Source: Phoronis australis
Lineage: Eukaryota; Animalia; Phoronida
Length of the DNA: 64,000 nt
Assembly: GCA_002633005.1 (NCBI GenBank)
Contig: NMRA01000284.1
Span: 454,978 to 518,977 of the forward strand
Direction: 5' to 3'
The notes beneath the pieces are model-generated. The model searched no databases. It was not told the DNA's origin and saw only the letters and a list, made by a program, of their open reading frames with translations. Within the stretch, counting starts at the first letter, position 1. Every line of letters starts with the position of its first letter. Positions 61,011-64,000 of the stretch are shown here, one piece after another. The position numbers were made by a program, and so were the translations under genes.

Positions 61011-63220
61011 TCCAAAGGACGTTCAAGGTCACAAAATATGTGCTGAATGGTGTTATTTGAATTCAGCTGGAGGTGCCACAACCAGATGGAGATCAACAAT
61101 GGTTCTCGTGACCGATTTCTATCGGCGTAGAGACAAGGAATTTTCAATTGATCTCCGAGTGGCAAATTGAAAATTGTTGATTTGTCGATTGTTTGAAAAG
61201 TTCATTAATACAGGTTTTTGTCTATTTACGCGGTATAACCGTACCTCAACGATACGCTGTGAACCTCGGATAACCAAAACGGATGACGAAGGATTTAAGA
61301 CGAAAATTATGTAGGTGAACTAACGTTGTTTCCGTTTAATGCCACTATATATTTTGGATGCAGCCCGGCACTGTGAAGGTTCTCAAGTTCTGACACTCAA
61401 TGATACGGAAAATGAAATGTTTTTAAAAAGACCCTATTTGACCAAGTGTTCACAACTCCGACTGAAAAGAAAGCTAGTTAGATCAAAACTGGTTTCAAGA
61501 TTTATGATACCAGAAACCTCAACAGCAGCGGAACAGCAAAACTTTAGTGGCGGTAACCACTTTGTTTGCCTCCTTTCCAGAGGCACAGGCTCTTCGAAGA
61601 ACTAGTGTCAAACAGGCATGTGCTTCCAAATTCCCGAATATTTTGCTCGAAATCGCCGTTCTGAACCTCGTGTCATGAAAGTTTGAACTTTTAGCTTTCG
61701 AACTAATGGGGTTTAGGACTTGTGTTGATCTTCGAAGTTGAAGACTTAAATACCGTGAATTTATACCTTAGGTCATACCTTTCCTCATTTCTAGTTTTCA
61801 TTTGAGGACATACAGGATTTACTACTTCGGACGTGTTGATTTCCTTTTAACGTCATTGTAGATTTTTAGCGACTTGGCCATTCGTAGATCCACTGGACTG
61901 TGGCTGACTAGTATACCATTAGCATGCAGGATCTGACGCTGAGAACAGTGACATGGTACGAAATGTGCTGCAGTACCACTTCCACTAATAACACCAGAGA
62001 CAAAAGGTACGGTGCTGCTAAGCTGTAAATCTCCTGGAAGTTACTTGTTTCGACTGCATGTGAGTTTGTTTAACATAGAAAAGTAAAGTGAAACATGAAC
62101 TCGCCAGTCATTCAGGCATCTCTTTTTTCATTTACACTCTTTCTCACCTGGTTTCAGCTCACATTCTCTCAAAAATCATAGTATTTAGCAAAAGACAGAG
62201 CTCATGGATAGTAAAACAGCGGTCACAATAACAAGGTCGAATTTACTTAAATGCTAAATTTTCCAGAAGTGATCTAGGAAATACTCTTCATGTTCTAAAA
62301 TATGATCACTTCATTTTCGTTTTGGGAACTACGTTTAAATATTGGTATTTCAATGTTTTACATAAATGTTTTGAAACAGCTATTTCTGAGATGAATTTAA
62401 ATATTCAAACTGAGAGAGAAATATAGAGGCGTTTTTAGGATCATACAGGACCTGAACAAGCAGCACCCTGACCTCGCTACCACTGGAAGAGAACCTAAGA
62501 TGTCGCCGATAACCGACACAAAATAAAACAGGAGACGGAAAGGTAAAAAAGACCCGTATGTTGCATTTCCGTGAGAGCACACGCGGTGAGATGCTGTCTT
62601 TCCAGATACATGAAGGACGATAGTGCTGATTAAATTATGTTATTGATAACATTTAGGTCTTGCATTTACAGCTCTCCACCGGTGACAACTGTGTGGTTTC
62701 CAGATTATTGTAATAGTTCTTATAGTCGGTGGGCCAGAATTTGTAGGGCCTCTAGAAAATGGTTTTTGTGAGTACTTTAGGGGGGCAATTTTATTTTGGT
62801 GTTTTTTAAATCATTTATTAGAGTGTTTTCAAAATCTAAAAAGTTCCCACATATAAAGTTGCACATTTTTGAGAGATTTGAGTTTGAAATTACCTAATAA
62901 TCACCAAAGAGCTTAGTAAACTTATATTTGTAAAAACAACAGTTTTGGTGACTTTTTTGTAAAACAAGTAATATGGTCCCACATTGTATTGAACAATATT
63001 CCACTCACATTACAAGTTTTACTATTAAGGGTTGACTGTAGTTTTGTTGTACTCTGGGTTGTACTCAAGTATTAGTGTTTGGGTGTAATGACGCACATGT
63101 ANATGTTTCTGTGGTGCTTTAAGCGACTGGTGTATAGGATGTGCTTGTATTATGAAGATTACTCACATTTTGCCCCTATCCTATTGAGGAGACAATGACC
63201 AAGCCTTTCCATTTTGCAAA

Positions 63221-63240
63221 GTGTGCCCTCTACTGGCCAC
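63221..63240 (-). promoter_or_regulatory. CTCF-like motif
   Basis: Reverse strand gtggccagtagagggcacac matches the CTCF consensus closely. Confidence 0.5.
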
Positions 63241-63820
63241 TTTATGGTACCAATAAACAACCCTAGAAGGATATCGTATGCGGTGCAATTGTGGGCGCAT
63301 TTCAACGCTCCGCGTTGCTCTTGTTAGGTAATTCTATCAATATGGTGAACCTTTAAAGGCTGTGCAATAGACGGAACATTTGGTGATACCATATTATGGA
63401 TGACTGTGACATCTCACGGTAACGGAGAAAACTATATGTTCAAGCCTTCTGAGTAATTAGAAAATACCATATGTGTAGTCTCCCTGTCAAGAATCAGTTC
63501 CTTATCTCTTTCTGTGTTCCAATGCATAGCACGCACCGACTGGTGGAATTTGGACATGTTCAATATCTCATATCTTTATGTGTTCAAGCGTTTTATAAAT
63601 TTTTTATAAATTTGAAGGTACTCTGTGTACTGTTTTGAGGCTCATTATTGTAAATCGACCATAAGACAACGTGTTTACCTGTTTTGATGTCACCGGAATG
63701 AAATTTCCAATGTCATTGCCTGTGGTATGAATGAATCCGATATCAAGTTTCCTTCTACATTCCGCACACGCGATCGTGCAGTTTGTAATAGGGTTTTTAT
63801 TTTAAAATACTGTTAGTATT

Positions 63821-63899
63821 TGTTAAATTTTGTTCAATATATCAAAATGTTAATTTTAAGTTAAATTTTGTTCAATATATCAAAATGTTAATTTTAAGT
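63821..63899 (+). repeat. Two-copy ~39-bp tandem duplication
   Basis: gttaaattttgttcaatatatcaaaatgttaattttaa occurs twice. Confidence 0.9.
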
Positions 63900-64000
63900 G
63901 TGAGTTTTACACGGTCAAATTTTGATGTTGTTTACATTTACTCAAAATATATCTGCAATAAAAATTATCGTATCCCTTCATACTAGCATGTTTCTATCTA

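Larger units (their letters stand above)
50790..63101 (+). repeat. Degenerate tandem array of ~1.7-2.1-kb units, about 6 units plus partials
   Basis: Marker gagatgctgtcttacccgatacatgaagg at ~50872, 54606, 55443, 55799, 56870, 58769, 60482, 62588; ttctaatcccgactaacaattg at ~51392, 54890, 57178, 59098, 60778; tggctgactagtataccatt at ~52962, 56292, 58150, 60012, 61902. Confidence 0.85.

Overview
Animal (invertebrate-like, probably lophotrochozoan; taxon not provable here) genomic DNA with three intron-containing genes, most of whose exons the ORF track misses or mistranslates. (1) Ribosomal protein RPL5/uL18, + strand, exons at 333-4640; the ATG exon is not found in the window. (2) A DENND1/connecdenn Rab35-GEF, + strand, 7938-33713, with several frame-preserving microexon candidates and a long final exon ending in WETFQ. 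(3) A centromeric histone CENP-A, - strand, 42160-36732, convergent with DENND1. From about 42.7 to 50 kb lie decayed transposons: a hAT element, a Harbinger element (Myb/SANT ORF plus nuclease), a LINE RT fragment and MITEs. From about 50.8 to 63.1 kb is a degenerate tandem array of ~1.7-2.1 kb units. Two duplications that abut single Ns look like assembly artefacts. The most unusual unexplained signal is a ~200-nt GC-rich segment (7051-7252) upstream of DENND1 that folds by hand into a multibranch structure whose non-Watson-Crick pairs are G-U on the + strand. All alignments, folds and family calls were made by eye from recalled sequences, not computed.
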